Source: Chrysomallon squamiferum (taxonomy: Eukaryota; Animalia; Mollusca). Taken from it: a stretch of DNA of 64,000 nt. The translations under genes and the position numbers were made by a program. Location: the NCBI GenBank assembly GCA_012295275.1, contig CM022671.1, forward strand, positions 31,124,001-31,188,000, read 5' to 3'. The notes under the pieces were generated by a model, which made no database searches, was not told the DNA's origin, and saw nothing but the letters and a program-made list of their open reading frames with translations. Positions 43,592 to 59,376 of this stretch are shown one piece after another; the stretch's first letter is position 1; every line of letters begins with the position of its first letter.

Positions 43592-43949
43592 CAAAACAGA
43601 TATAGATACAGATATGTGTGTGTGTGGTTTTTTCCTTGTTACTTTTTTCAGACTGTTTGATAAAGACATCAAAGACGTCTGGCCGAGGTCGTGTGTGTGT
43701 GTGTGTGTGTCTGTCTGTGTGTGTGTTATCAGTGTGTGTGTCTGTTATCAGTGCTCGCCGACCTGGGAGTAAAATTAGACACGCTTTTATGCATGAATCG
43801 AATCAAAGGACGCCATTTATTTTTTTATCCCTGTAAGAAAATTCACGCAGACGTGACCTCGAGTTCATCGATGGCTTTGACCACCTAGTCAGTCGATACG
43901 TCTGACCTCGGGGTCACAGCTGGGTCTTTGCATATAATTTATGTATATC

Positions 43950-44035
<86 letters not shown>

Positions 44036-45085
44036 TGTGTGTGTGTGTATATATAATTAAATATATATATAGTGTGTGTGTGTGTCTGTTTTCAAAAGAA
44101 GAAGAATATATATTCTTCATCTGTATAAACAGAAAATTCATGAAATATTATTTTCATTCTATATTAATACTGCGTCCCGTGGTAACGACGATTCAGACGT
44201 TGAGAGAAGAAGACATCCACATCGGCCACATAGTGTACTCTTTTTTTCACCAACAGCAAGCATCTTTTATGTTAGTTTTCCTAAATACACAGAAAAGTCG
44301 TATTTTCCATAAACCACTTACGGAGCACTGGTTTGATCGGGATATAGGATTGATTCAAATACCAGTTACTGCTCTAATCAGGTTTCTAACACTTCACCCA
44401 TAAAGATCGATTGAAGAAATAAAGAAAAGAAAAGGAAAGAAAGAAAGAAGGAAAAAAAAAAGGAAAGAAATACAATAGTTATATAATATGTCAATATTAC
44501 AAAAGTTATGCAATATGTTTTTATTCAGTGTGGAGTTTCGAACCGTTGTACTTATAACCTATACTTTCTCGTGACATCAGAGAGTGGTTTTAGCTTAAAG
44601 AAAATAAAAAAAAAAAAAAATTAGAATAATAAGCCAATTTTCAGCGTCTCCATACGATTTCTTATTAACCTCCGGTGTCAAGGTTCGATCCACCGTACTT
44701 ATAACCAATACTTTACGTAAATACTGCAATGCACTTTTAGCTCAAAGAGAGGCTGTAACAGGTCACGAAAGTGGGGAAGAAGAAGAAGAAGAAGAAGAAG
44801 AAGAAGAAGAAGAAGAAGAAGAAGAAGAAGAAAAGCAAACTTGGCGCTGAAAATGTCTAGACATGTCAAATTGCCCGAAACCGACCAAACCCAAGTCAAA
44901 GCAGGGTCACCGATTTCTGTTGTCTGGGTGTCATTCAGCGTCTGCTCTGCTGATTTGAGTTTATGTATATTTAACAAGCAGACGATTTAGATGTGGCTAC
45001 TTCCAAACACACCCCTCCGCTTGTTTTTTCTCTCAGTATGCGTTTTATTTATACTGCTGAAGTATCGCTTTTCTTTCATATTATA

Positions 45086-45315
45086 TTATGTTATGTTATG
45101 TTTTGGGTTTTTTATTTATGTTATGTTATGTTGTTATGTTGTTATGTTGTTATGTTGTTATGGTGTTATGGTGTTATGGTGTTATGGTGTTATGTTATTA
45201 TGTTATGTTATGTTATGTTATGTTATGTTATGTTGTTATGTTATGTTATGGTGTTATGGTGTTATGTTATTATGTTATGTTATGTTATGTTATTAGATTA
45301 TGTTATGTTATGTTA
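45086..45315. repeat. (TTATG)n-based array with 8-bp variants
   Basis: Directly visible ttatg / ttgttatg / gtgttatg units. Confidence 0.95.
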
Positions 45316-45695
45316 TAGTAGATTATATTATAAGATATTATATTACATTACATTATGTAATGTTTTTAAATGTCAGGTATATCAGTCAAGTTACGTTAGA
45401 TTTTAATAATTGATGGGTTTTTTGTTGTGTGTTTTTTTTAATTTTCTTTTTTATTGTTGTTTGGGGAGGTGGATCTGGTAGATGTTATGTATATTTTGCA
45501 GTTGTTTGTTTTTTAGCGGTTTTGTTGTTGTTATTATTTGTTTGTTTTTGAGAGACAGAATCAGAAAGAAAGACAAAGAACGAGAAAACAAGACCGAGCG
45601 AAAGAAAGAAAGAGTGAGAGAGAGAAACAGAGACAGAGGGAAAGAAAAAAAGAGTGACAGAGAGACAGAAATAAATAGAGAGCGAGCAAGTGTGT

Positions 45696-45727
<32 letters not shown>

Positions 45728-45728
45728 C

Positions 45729-45778
<50 letters not shown>

Positions 45779-45798
45779 TGTGTGGATGTGTGTGTATG

Positions 45799-45931
<133 letters not shown>

Positions 45932-46469
45932 CCATTTTTCTTGGAATTTTCTACCAATTCCTAGGACAGCATATGGAATATTGTATCGTCAACCAGCATT
46001 TCTTGGTAATGTTGCCGTTGTCACGGAAATTCACGGGAATTCATTGGCATTCTCCTTAAACACCGGTCAGTGACAATCATTTCAGTTACTATGGCAACTT
46101 AGATAAAAATAGATAGGCAAAACAGTAAGTTCAGTTCATTGTCCTAAAGATACACCTTAAAACTGATGTCTTTCTGCTTTCATTTTAATAATAACTATAA
46201 TAATAAACGAATAACTAATATAATAATTATTATTATACTAATAGTAGTAGTAATAGTAATAAATAGCAGTAATAACAGTAGTAGTAGTAGTAGTAATAAA
46301 AGCAGTAGTAGCAGTAGTAGTAGTAATAACAGTACTAGTAATAACAGTAGTAGTAGTCGTAGTAGTAATAGTGGTAGAAGTGGTTCTAGGAGCAGCAACA
46401 GTAATAGTAGTGGTAGTCGTAGTAGTAATATTTAAAGAAACACATACGTATTCATGCCTTTATATATAT

Positions 46470-46694
<225 letters not shown>

Positions 46695-47387
46695 CGACAG
46701 AGAAAAACTGTTGTCATAGCAATGGGGTCAGAATGAGCTATCAGCAGTTATGACTGTCTGGTCAAAACACTGTTAATTTCATCTGTTAATGATTTAATTA
46801 ATTCAGATTTTTTAAAACTGAAATCCGCTGTCACTATGTGAAGTCACTGACTCTCTCTATTTCAACATTTTTTACGTTTTTTTAAGTCAATCTACCCACC
46901 TTTGTGTCTGCCAGTTATAGGGGGGGGGTCTTCTTCTTCTTCTTCTTTTACTTCAAAACCAATCTAGGACCAAGAATAATAGCAGTACTTTTTAGCTTTA
47001 ACAAACAAAAAAAAACAAAAAAAAACAGCTGAACAAGAGAAATTAATGTAAAAATGCTTTAATTCTTTAACTGCTTAAAATATTTGATTTTTTCAGTGCT
47101 GGTAAAACGAGTAACAGTTGAGTAGATATAAGTTACTCACACTTTCTCTGGATGACATCTATCAGCAGCTTGACTGACTTGGCGTGGATGAAAACTGGTC
47201 AGTAGAAAATACAGATAATTTACCTCTAGCGTTAGCTAATGAACTTAGAAATAAACTGAAGATGTTCCCGAGAAACTGGATAAGACCTGTATGTGATAAA
47301 AAGCCCCCAAAACAAAGCAAAGAAAAACCCATAATAAAAACAAAATAATAATAATAAAAAAATATTAAAAAATATATATATATAAAA

Positions 47388-47474
<87 letters not shown>

Positions 47475-47659
47475 AATAAAATAAAATAAAATAAAAGCAG
47501 AAATTATAAAGGAAATTATCTCTGACGTAATGCAGTCCACACATTCACCCCACCCCACCCCACGAAAAACTGACATCCAGACTGACACACAAAAGGGAAT
47601 AGGAAAAAAATCTATTGTAAAAATATGCTGATTATCTCTATCAAAAAAAAAAAAAAAAA

Positions 47660-47706
<47 letters not shown>

Positions 47707-47714
47707 TAGTAGTA

Positions 47715-47747
<33 letters not shown>

Positions 47748-47778
47748 TAATAACAATAATAAATATAATAACATATAG

Positions 47779-47830
<52 letters not shown>

Positions 47831-47935
47831 ATGTGTGTTTATGTAAATAAATGATTTTCTCCTTTGGGTTATGAATTGTATATATAAGCTTCATTAATAT
47901 GAAGACACTTTTTCTTCTTCTTCTTCTTCCTCCTC

Positions 47936-48018
<83 letters not shown>

Positions 48019-49652
48019 CGCACACACAGGGTAACGAGGTATATGTAAATATGTAGACTGTTTAACAAAATGTATACAGACATTACCAATTAGTCAGCAT
48101 CTCTCTCTTTACATACCAAACAAAATAGGCGATCCCAATGTTTGTACCACTGCGCTATCGTCTACACGTGTTTATTTTCATGACGTCATAGACTAGCTAA
48201 TAAATTGGACCGTGTCAAACAGTAACCAGACATTATGAATGAACTGACGTCACAACTGCTAACAAGGAAGACCCCACGGTTTACTAAGTGGGTTTGTTTG
48301 CTGTACGTAGGTCGAATTAATTAATCAAAGGTCAGCGGTCGACAGGTAATCGTCAGAAGTCGTGTAGTGGTGTTCGTGTGTTTCCGTCAGTGTGACTTAA
48401 TTATGTTCGGTGACTCAGCGGGAACTGTTTTTGTCATTTTGACGTACATAACTCACGGTCCATTTATTTCTGTTTTGTTACCAGTTACAGTTTATGGTCA
48501 TCATCAATAACAGTAAGAAAGAAATAAAATAAATAAATAAAGAAGGAAATTATAAATAAGAAGTCAATTTCTAGTTCACTTCTGAGAATTAAACAACGTT
48601 ATCCTAAGAGCTAATAAATCGGATCTCCTGATAAGAGGCTTCTATGACGTTATTTATTTATTTATTTATTTATTTATTTGTTGTTGTTGTTGTTGTTGTT
48701 GTTATGTGTGTTTTATTCTATTTATTTTTTTATTTCTTTCTTTGTTGAAAGTAATATATAAAACTGAACTAGGATTTAATAAAATAAAATAAAATAAAAA
48801 TAAAATAAAATAAAATAAAATAAAATAAAATTAAAAAAAAAAACAAATGAATAAATGAACATACAAATAAAAGGAAAGGAACTGAAACGGCGAAAGAATG
48901 AAAAACGAACGAACGAATAAATAAATAAATAAACGAACGAAGTAAACAAACAAACGAACGAAGTAAACAAACAAACAAACGAATACATCAGACAACCAAC
49001 CAAACATGGTTCAAAGGTATAAGAAAAAAAAAAAAAAAACACACAGAGAAAAAAAGTTTTCGCAAAATTTACGACACGCAAAGTTAACCCCTATAGTTAT
49101 CTCTGAAAAATATCGGTGTTAAACGGAGGACAAAAAAAGGCCACATCAGTTCAACGAATGAACCAGCAAGATAAGCCTATAAACACCCCTGCTATTTATT
49201 ACTGCTACGAGGACAAAATGAAGGTGAATTTATGCGTACAAAAACCATTGTGTGCAGTTCATCCCTGTCAAAGTGAGGCGACCAGTGGAGAAAGGTGAAA
49301 GAATCTAGAGTACTGACCGGTGATGTGTTTCTAGTGACAAAGTCCCTAACAGTCTTCAGATATTTCTATTTATTTATTTATTTATTTATTTATTTATTTG
49401 TTTGTTTGTTTGTTTGTTTGTTTGTTTGTTTGTTTGTTTGTTTTGTTTGTTTGTTCGTTTGTTTGTTTAGTTAGTTTATATATAAATATATAGACGTGCA
49501 TACGTACATATTTTCATACAAGCATGGATATATAATGGTGCATGCATAAAAACGTGCATACATAGAAATGTACATATGTACTTACATACAAACATAATTT
49601 ATATAATTATGCATACATACATATATATACCTGTCTGACTTGCTTTGTGTGT

Positions 49653-49724
<72 letters not shown>

Positions 49725-49796
49725 AGAAGGTGACAATGTAATTATAAAGCAATGAAGAAATATTGATTAAATGCAGCAGAATATTCATATATATTT

Positions 49797-49862
<66 letters not shown>

Positions 49863-50270
49863 GGTGTCGTTGTTATTAATATTAATAATACTGCTGCTAC
49901 TACTACTGCTGTTATTATTAATTAGTTAACTAGCTAATTAACTTTTTTTGTTCTGACAACTCATTATCACAAAACTAATTAAACTACTTTCTATATCCTT
50001 CAGCCATTGTTTGTTTTCTCGTCTTATTTATTGTATTTATCATTTATTTTTGATGATATATGAATACTCCGTATTCTCACGGGCTACTACCTCGTGCAAA
50101 AAACGCGGAAGTCCTCATGCATGCATGTCATTCATTGGTTCTTTCATTTCCTCCGACTATTTTGACGTAATCGCTATTCGTAATTTCATTGGCCGGTTCA
50201 TTTACATCTCACCAGCTGTTTGCTTCGGGTGACGAAGTACTTTTTTTTTTCTGTGCACTAATATTTATAT

Positions 50271-50302
<32 letters not shown>

Positions 50303-50489
50303 GATAGATAGATAGATAGATAGATAGATGATATCTATTTCATTCTTCTATTTTTAACTGTCATTATTTTTTTTCGCAGACTTACCTTGGTTATTATTAT
50401 TATTATTATTATGATTATTATTATTATTATTCGATAATCAGTTTTCAAAATAGCCAGACCAGCTGACATTTAACAGATATTTAAATTTA

Positions 50490-50566
<77 letters not shown>

Positions 50567-50834
50567 TCTTTGTTTTTATCTTTACCTCTGGTTGAAGCTA
50601 GATGTGATACTCGATCTTGGTACCTGTCGTTTTATAGTTGAATGCGTAATCAGTGAGTCCTAGGATTTAATCTTCCAGTGTCAGATTTCAGATGAATAAG
50701 AAAAAGAGATAAGACTGGTGTTTATTTCAGGTTCTGCGGCTCAGACAATTCATTTCATTGGACGAAATCAAAATCACATGTTACAGATGTGTTCGTTTAA
50801 TTGACATACGTCTATTTCATTGTTAATATCTCTT

Positions 50835-50887
<53 letters not shown>

Positions 50888-51188
50888 GATAGATATCTAT
50901 TAGTGTATATGTTTCTGTGTATGTATGTATGTATTTATGTATGCGTATGTGTGTATGCCTGAATGTATGTATGTATATATGTAATCAACTGATGTCAAAT
51001 ACATCTTTAGGTAATCTTAATGAAAACACTGGGGAATTTCTTCAAGAAAACAATTTATTTTTAGAAATCCGATTACCTGTGACGTCATAAGATATCTGGT
51101 AACGTTGCTGAGACTTATCTTAAACTACAGGGAATTTTTCAACATTGAGTAAGAAAAAAACAAGGAGCTATTTCCATCTTTTAGTCTA

Positions 51189-51221
<33 letters not shown>

Positions 51222-51348
51222 ATTATTATTATTGTTATTTTTTTTTTTTTTTTTTATACTTAAAGTCTGAAATGTATGAAAATGTATACGTGTTTATTAT
51301 TATGGTTTTATGTATTTGAGTTTTCTGTTTTTAGAATGATGATCTTAG

Positions 51349-51381
<33 letters not shown>

Positions 51382-51510
51382 TTTGGTTGTCTATTTCTTT
51401 GGGATTACGATTATATGTATGTGTATATATATCTATATCCATCCATCTACCTATCTACCTATATGTGTGTGTATATCTATATATACACACACACACACAC
51501 ACACGCACGC

Positions 51511-51541
<31 letters not shown>

Positions 51542-52395
51542 GTCGTTTCTGCCGTCAATGTTAATCCCATTGTTATGCATTTCTGTATATAGATGGGGGA
51601 AAGTTACATGAGTCTAAGTATGAAAATTTATTTTATTATTGTGTTGTTGTTGTTGTTGTTTTTGTTTGTGTGTTTTTTGTTTTTTGTTGGGGTTTTATTT
51701 CTGTTGGGATTTTGAGGGGTTTTATATTTTTTTTTTTTTTTTTTTTTTTGCTTCTTTATTAGTTTTGTTTTGCATTAAAATAAATAAATATATAAATAAA
51801 TAAATAAATAAATAAATGTATTATCTATATATATCTGTCTGTCTATCTGTCTATCTGTCTATCTGTCTATCTATCTACCTATCTACCTATGTGTGTGTGT
51901 GTGTATATTATATATATATTCAGTTAATTATTAAATACAGTACGTTCTCGCTGACCTAGTAATGTAGAGTTTTATAACTGCTGTACAGTTCATGTTAAAT
52001 ACACGTGTTACCAGCTCTGTGTGAAGTAATAACCAGCCCGTTACTGGCAGAGCCCGTGCATTTCACTTACTATAGCTCTCTCTGTAACGTACGTTTCAAA
52101 ATTCACACAATGAAAAAAAAATATAGCATCGATTGGATGTTTGTGTTCAGTTTCTAAATGCAAACTGAACTTTTGAATGATGTGTGAAATCCTGGGTCTG
52201 TCAATGTTGGTGTGAATTGTGTGAAAGGGAGAATGCTGTGAAGTTGTGAACGTGGGTTTATTAATAAATGTCCTTGTGAATGAGAAAATAATGAAAGTGA
52301 GAGAGAGAGATAAAGAGATAAAGAAAATGGAAAAGAGAGAAAAGAAAACGGGAAGGAAGGAAATTAATGAAAGAGATGAGAGAGGGAAGGTGAGA

Positions 52396-52476
<81 letters not shown>

Positions 52477-53105
52477 GGTTTTAGTGTAAATGGCATAGTA
52501 TTAATGTGCTAAATTCTAACCAAATAATAACAAACATTATTTATAATTTAACACACTCACACACAGAGAGAGACAATTTTACTGCTACTCAAAACATAAT
52601 CAGTTATGTATAAACAAAAAATAAAAAATCATCGTGCACAATTTTTTCTTTAAAACAAAGCTTCAAATATTTGATTATCTATACAGTTGAGCACACGTGC
52701 ATTATTAACGAAGACAAGAGAACATGACGGTAACACAAGAAACTCTGACGGCACTGTTACGACAATACTACGTTAACGGTTTTATGATAAGGCCAACAGT
52801 TAAACGAAAGCAGAGTCACAACGGTAACGTTAAGTTTTAGACGTGAAAACACTGCTGAATGAATGAATGAATTCACGTTAGATGAATGAACACGCATAGC
52901 AGGCGAAGAAAACGCCCGCGGGATGGTCGGATTTAGAAGGTATCTGGATTAATTGGTTTATGAAAGTATTACAACAGGATGTGAGTATGTAACCGACCGC
53001 ACCGCCGGAGGGGAAACCGTTAACTAACAGTTCACGAACTTGTAACAGGCGCTCGCTTTTTTGCTGGTTGCAACGGGATTTGAAATTGCCTGAAATTTAC
53101 ACCTA

Positions 53106-53121
53106 CCACCAGATGTCGCTG
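53106..53121 (+). promoter_or_regulatory. CTCF-like motif
   Basis: CCACCAGATGTCGCTG, one mismatch from the CCACCAGRKGGCGC core. Confidence 0.45.
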
Positions 53122-53974
53122 GTTATCGCTGGGATTACAGAATAGATGTTAATTACGGTTAATTAACGATACGTGCCTTTTGTTTGTTAGTTTCTTTTTT
53201 TTTTTTTTTATCTTTCTTTTCTATTTCTTTCTTCTTTTCTTCTTCTTCTTTTTTTCTTTTTTCCTGATTAAGAACTGGGTTTTTTTTAAGACGTATATAT
53301 GAAAGAGAATGAAAGACAGAAAGGGGTTGATGAATGGATTGATGGATGGATGGATAGAAAGAAAGATCTGTCTGTCTATCCATGCGTATCTGTTTATTTT
53401 TCTTCTTCTTTTTCTTCTTTAAATCTTTTACTCATTTCTGTGTATTTTAACGACTGTACGTTGCTGTCTGTATTGTTTTTCGGTTGCTGTTGACGACGAC
53501 GTCGTTGATACACGTTACTGTTGTTCATGTATTTGTTTCACTCTTCACCGGACGTTATTTCTTTATTATTATTGTTTTTATTTTTATTATTATTTTATTT
53601 TATTATTTTATTTTTTTTTTATTAAAATTTAAAAATTATAATTAACATTCCGTGTACAGTATTGATCTTCTCCATCTCCTTTTCCTAGTCTTTTAAGCAC
53701 TTTGGGAAGCGCGTGCACAGTTATTTCAGTTTCTGTTAATAATTAATCGTAATCTTCAGAGCCCGAACTTGCACTCTGTTACAGACACGTGACCCCCGGG
53801 GTCAGCGCGCGCACTGTGTGACAGCTAGGTGAAATCTGCACCGCGTTGTCACTTTCATTGTCTGCATAACAGTAATGCATTGCTCTGGAAATGTAATAAA
53901 TCACACACGTTCAGCATAAATAACAACAGCAACAGCAACGTAGCACCAGGATCATCAACACCAACGTTCATCAC

Positions 53975-54057
<83 letters not shown>

Positions 54058-54614
54058 TAGTGTATGTATGTAGGTAGGTAGATAGGAATGTAGATAGGTA
54101 CGTAGGTAGGTAGCTAGGTAGGTACATGTTTGTATGTTTATGTATAATATATACATATATAATATATGTACATACCGATATATACACTGACACATAGACA
54201 CATATAATTAAACAAGCACAAACATACAGAGGGACAGACATATACAGACATTCGAAATGAAAGAAAATGCCTAACCTGACGGTCACAAAAATACAGATAT
54301 ACATATGTAAGTATACATGTTGCCTGCCTAAATATATCTATATATATATATATATATATATATAACAAGAGAAAAGTGAATATATATATATATATATATA
54401 AAACAATATACACATCAAATATGCTCAGTTTTCTCTTGTTAAATGGCTCGAGGATAAACCAGTACGTGACGTCTTGTAAACAGGAAAAGCATCTACTGGT
54501 TTCAGACTGCCTTTACTTGCAGCTAAACGCGATATCGAGTGCAGACGTCTGTAACTGGATTTCACGTCGCTAATCTGATGAGGAAACAGACAGCAGCAGA
54601 GTGCACGCGGAGAG

Positions 54615-54757
54615 GCTTGTTTTGATGTCGTCGTCTGATTTCGGAGAGAGGGTGAATGGGGTGTCATGCGTTCGAGTCTCGTCAGCGGCATCTGACGGGT
54701 TTGTGAGGACGTGATTGGACTTTGTCCTCCTGCGCCAGTGCGTTCCCGAATATTGTC
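54615..54757 (+). mobile_element. Second copy of the tRNA-derived SINE, with the A box deleted
   Basis: aatggggtgtcatgcGTTCGAGTCtcgtcagcggcatctgacgggtttgtgag...ggactttgtcctcctgcgcca aligns with the reverse complement of 28249-28386. Confidence 0.8.
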
Positions 54758-55149
54758 TTTGTGCAGAGTCTAATTCAGACGTACATGAGACAGAGAATAT
54801 TCATACCTATTGACGTACATATACAAATATATATAGATATATAAGTAAATGCAGTTTGAAACCAGTAAATATATAAAGTACTAAGTTAAAGCTAAGATAT
54901 GTGTGTGTACTTGATGACATGTTCGGTTGTGAAAAGTACACAGTGAACTCAGCGATCGTGACTTGTCAATTTCAGCACAGTGGTAATCAAACACTCGATA
55001 AATATTAAACACCATGACAAAAAAACATTCTTCTCTCTTCAGGCCCCGCTCCACAGTATTCATCGGGAGGACTGCAGAGAACAGGTAGATCAATATTATA
55101 TACCAAAACACACACAAACATACATACATATACATACATACATACCATA

Positions 55150-55185
<36 letters not shown>

Positions 55186-56914
55186 CATACATAATACACA
55201 CATACACACATACATATACATATATACATACATACATACATACATATATATATACATACATACATATATACATACATACATACATACACAAACACATACA
55301 TATTAAAGTACACATATATATCAAATATATATATATATACATACATACACGCACAAATATGCACTTACATAACTCAAAACATATCATGAAAAAGCTTCAT
55401 CATGTACAGAGAATTCCAAGTTTCCCCTGTAAAAATTAACGTGGATCCGACCCTCTTTCTTACTAGCTTTTATTTACTGACTATGAAAATTAAAAATTCA
55501 CATGATTATCCCTGTATCTAAACAACAACTCATGCAAACACAACGACCATATTGACTTTATATACATTTCATTTCTGTCGCTTTTCACCTCGAGAGAGAG
55601 AGAGAGAGAGAGACACCGAATACGTCTATGTTCTTTTCACGATGTCATTTTCAAAACGGAGTCGGTTTCGCCGACGACATCAAAGAGCTGTTTAGACAGA
55701 CTGTGTAACAACAACACACGCCATTGATACGAGGCCGTGTCGCATGTCTTGATGACGTCATTGCGCGAAATCCGATCCATTCAAGTTTTCTTAGTGTAAA
55801 CAGACTCCATTCTGTGATCGGCCTAATGAGAGCAGTATGTGTTGTAAGTAAGGAACGCGAATAAGCGCTTTCTTGTTGTGTGGCTGATACTGGATGTGTC
55901 TGGGTCTTTTTTTTTTTTTTTTTTCTTTTGTTGTTGTTTTTTTTCCTTGTAGATGTGTAATAATGACATTGTACACACGCACATACACACACAAACGCAC
56001 TCATATACTCACACACAGACAGAGTCATTCATATACATATGTATATGTCATTCGTATATATATATATATATATACACACACACATATGTGGACTGACACA
56101 TACACACACTCATACATACATATATATATACATACATACTTACATACATACACGCGCGCACACACATACACACACACATACATACGATCATACATACACA
56201 TAGACATACATACATACATACATGCATACGTACAAACATAAACATAACGAATGAACGTTTAATAACCAAAACAGACAGACTGACAGAAAACTGCATCCTT
56301 CTTTACCAGACATTCATACATAGTTCTAGATGTATTCTTTCCATTTCTCCTTCATTCTTTCGCTTATACCTTTTCATTCCTTCTTTCGCTAATTCATTCA
56401 CTCTTGCACGCATGCCTTCACTCTTTCTCTCAGCATCGCTGCATCTTTATTTCTTCCGTTTCTGCAAGCTAACGGTTTTCCGCGTCTTGTTTCTTTTGTA
56501 TTCTTTGTATTCGACTCGATCTTCACGCGCATAATTTCCAGTCGCCACAGATTAAGATATCTCGAGACACTAAAAAGTCCGTCCTATCAGCTGAACAGCT
56601 TTCTGTCTGTCGAGAATACTTCCGGCTAATCTACCCGCCACCCCCCATCCCAGCCAACCCCTCCCCGTCGCGGCTCTCTTGAAAAGGTTAAAGAGAATCT
56701 CTTCCGTTATTGGCTTTTATCGATATTAATTCAGACAAAACAGTACTGCGCAGTTCAGTGGTTGTGGTGTTGGTGTTTGTTGCTTGTAGTCGTTGTTATG
56801 ACGATGACGACCGAGTAGAAAAAAATTAATATTATCTGAATTATTTATTATAATTTTTCTTCTGAAAGAGAGAATGGACCTGAACGAAAGAATTCAAAAT
56901 CTGTGCTTTCGTCT

Positions 56915-57007
<93 letters not shown>

Positions 57008-57418
57008 GTCTATCTGTCTGTCTATCTGTCTGTATGTCTCTGGCTATTTAAGTGTGTGTGTTTCAATACTTTCAGATGATTGCATTGCATATGTATTAAC
57101 TGGATTACTTTCATATTCTGAAATGGAACGTGATATCGAAATTAAATGAAAATGATTCGTTTTGGTTCCGTTATCAATAGATCACGTGACTCTTCCAATA
57201 AATGGAGAGTTGTCGGGAGATTAATTCTTGTACATTGCAGGAAATAAATGTCGACCTATAGACAGATCATCATGACCTAAGTTTGGGTCACTTTGTCTTT
57301 TGTTGTGTACTTATAGTTAGTTGTCTTGTCTATTTTACATTATTTTAATCAGTTTCGTTTTCTCGTTACAACTCACTTTTAAAAAAAAAAAAAAAATAAT
57401 TTTTAATATACGTACATT

Positions 57419-57455
<37 letters not shown>

Positions 57456-58017
57456 CCTCCCTCCCTCCCTCCCTCCCCCTCCCTCTCTCTCTCTCCGCCT
57501 CTTTCTCTTTCTGTTTAAACACACGAATACATTTTATGCGCCGCTCTTAATTCAAGATCCGTCGTAGATTATGCCGTTGTCGTAGTTAATATGCTGCGGC
57601 TTTTGTCGGCGTCATAGAAGTTTTTAAACACTTCCAGACTTCTTGACCTCGTTTTCAGGAAATCTTGACTACAGAAAAATGTCTGCGTACGGACAGGAAC
57701 GTCATTGATTTATTGATTTTTCTTTCCTTTATCGACCCAAGCAATGTGTATCAGTTTTCAGATAAACCGACATGTGTGTTCCACTGAACGATTTTTTTTT
57801 TTTTTTTTTTTTTTCAAAGATAAGACTGACAAATGATTTTAAATAGGTGGAGTTATATCTGATGAATTTAAAAATAAAACAAAAAAAAACAAAAAAAAAC
57901 ATAAAATTAAATAAATAAATAAATAATAACAGTAACAGTAACAGTAGTAGTAGTAGTAGTAATAATAATAATATCAATATCAATAACAGTAAAAATAACA
58001 ATAACAATAATAATAGC

Positions 58018-58065
<48 letters not shown>

Positions 58066-58319
58066 TAAAGAAAAATAAAGATTTAAAAAAAAAACACGAA
58101 TGAATAAAATGAGAAGAAAGGATGGACGAATGACAAACAAGAGAGAAATATTTATCATGGCGGGATGTTTTCCTTCTCAAAGTTTATTCCGCTTTTACTG
58201 TTCCAACTAGTGCGCAGATACTGGGTGTACCAAAAGCCATAAAACATCATGTTACTCTTTGTCACTGGGAAAACAGATATCAAATCTCCTAGCTGCTGTA
58301 AGTGCATACATGTATACGT

Positions 58320-58350
<31 letters not shown>

Positions 58351-58643
58351 TCTTGTTCTTCTCTTCTTATTTTCTCCCTCAGTATCACTTTAGATTCTGT
58401 TCCCTCCCTCTGAGGAATGGTTTCGAGTCAGACGTTAATATTCGTCTCCTTTTATCGAGACTTAATCAAATTCGTCTGATGTTTTCGAGACAATACGTCG
58501 CTTAATCGAGACTATGCAATTACAATTTATACGAACAACACAGAGCAGCTGAAGACAATTCCATTCACCATACCAGTGGGAACACAACTAACAAACCACA
58601 TCAATTAATCATTAAACTATATGACTTGTACTGAAGAATGAAA

Positions 58644-58654
58644 TGCGCATGCGC
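58644..58654. promoter_or_regulatory. NRF1/Ewg-type palindrome
   Basis: TGCGCATGCGC; single motif only. Confidence 0.3.
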
Positions 58655-58888
58655 GGGACAAAAGGTCGACGACTCTGCGGCATCTGATAAAGATAATGCA
58701 AATGAATTAAGCCTGTGAGATTCGATAACACCAAATTAGTGCTGTTGTTAGTACATTAAGTTATCAGTTAGAGAGAAGCAGAGTTTTTAATTACCCTCAT
58801 TCATGAAGTATTTTTTAAAGGACGTGCTTTTTGTGATATCAGCTCGGATATCTAAATATTATTACTTCAGTTATTAGCGTCTCGACAA

Positions 58889-58927
<39 letters not shown>

Positions 58928-58929
<2 letters not shown>

Positions 58930-58990
58930 GAGATTCGAACCCGATACCTGCAGAACTGTGACTGATATTTAACCGATTTGCCAAGAAACT
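58928..58990 (-). pseudogene. tRNA-like Pol III unit (SINE head or pseudo-tRNA) followed by a long T run
   Basis: Minus strand: TGGCAAATCGG (A box) ... GGGTTCGAATC (B box), then a T run of ~38 nt; no 3' acceptor stem. Confidence 0.55.
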
Positions 58991-59224
58991 GAGCTAATCA
59001 TTGCTGTTCATTGTCGAAACAGTCAAGAGACAATGACGTTATTCGGGCTGTTAGATCGCGAGAAGAATCTGAGAAAAATCAGTCAAGATGAAGATCCAGG
59101 ATTTTACCAGGATTTTCTCAACTGAGATGTTTTGAATCGTTACTGCGTCGTCTGCTTGTAAATAAGTGCCAGGTCAGATGGATTGATCCATTTAGTGCTG
59201 AAATAGATTGAACGAGAAATGAAG

Positions 59225-59294
59225 TAGATGATGAAGAACAATATAGATGATGAAGAACAATGTAGATGATGAAGAGAACTGTAGATGATGAAGA

Positions 59295-59296
<2 letters not shown>
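59225..59296. repeat. 19-bp tandem repeat, about 4 copies
   Basis: tagatgatgaaga core at 59225, 59244, 59263 and 59282. Confidence 0.92.

Positions 59297-59376
<80 letters not shown>

Noticed and set aside
54570-54595. CTGATGAgGAAA resembling a hammerhead ribozyme core
   Set aside because: There is no stem II and no convincing flanking stems; the other CTGATGA hits I checked also lack the GAAA partner.
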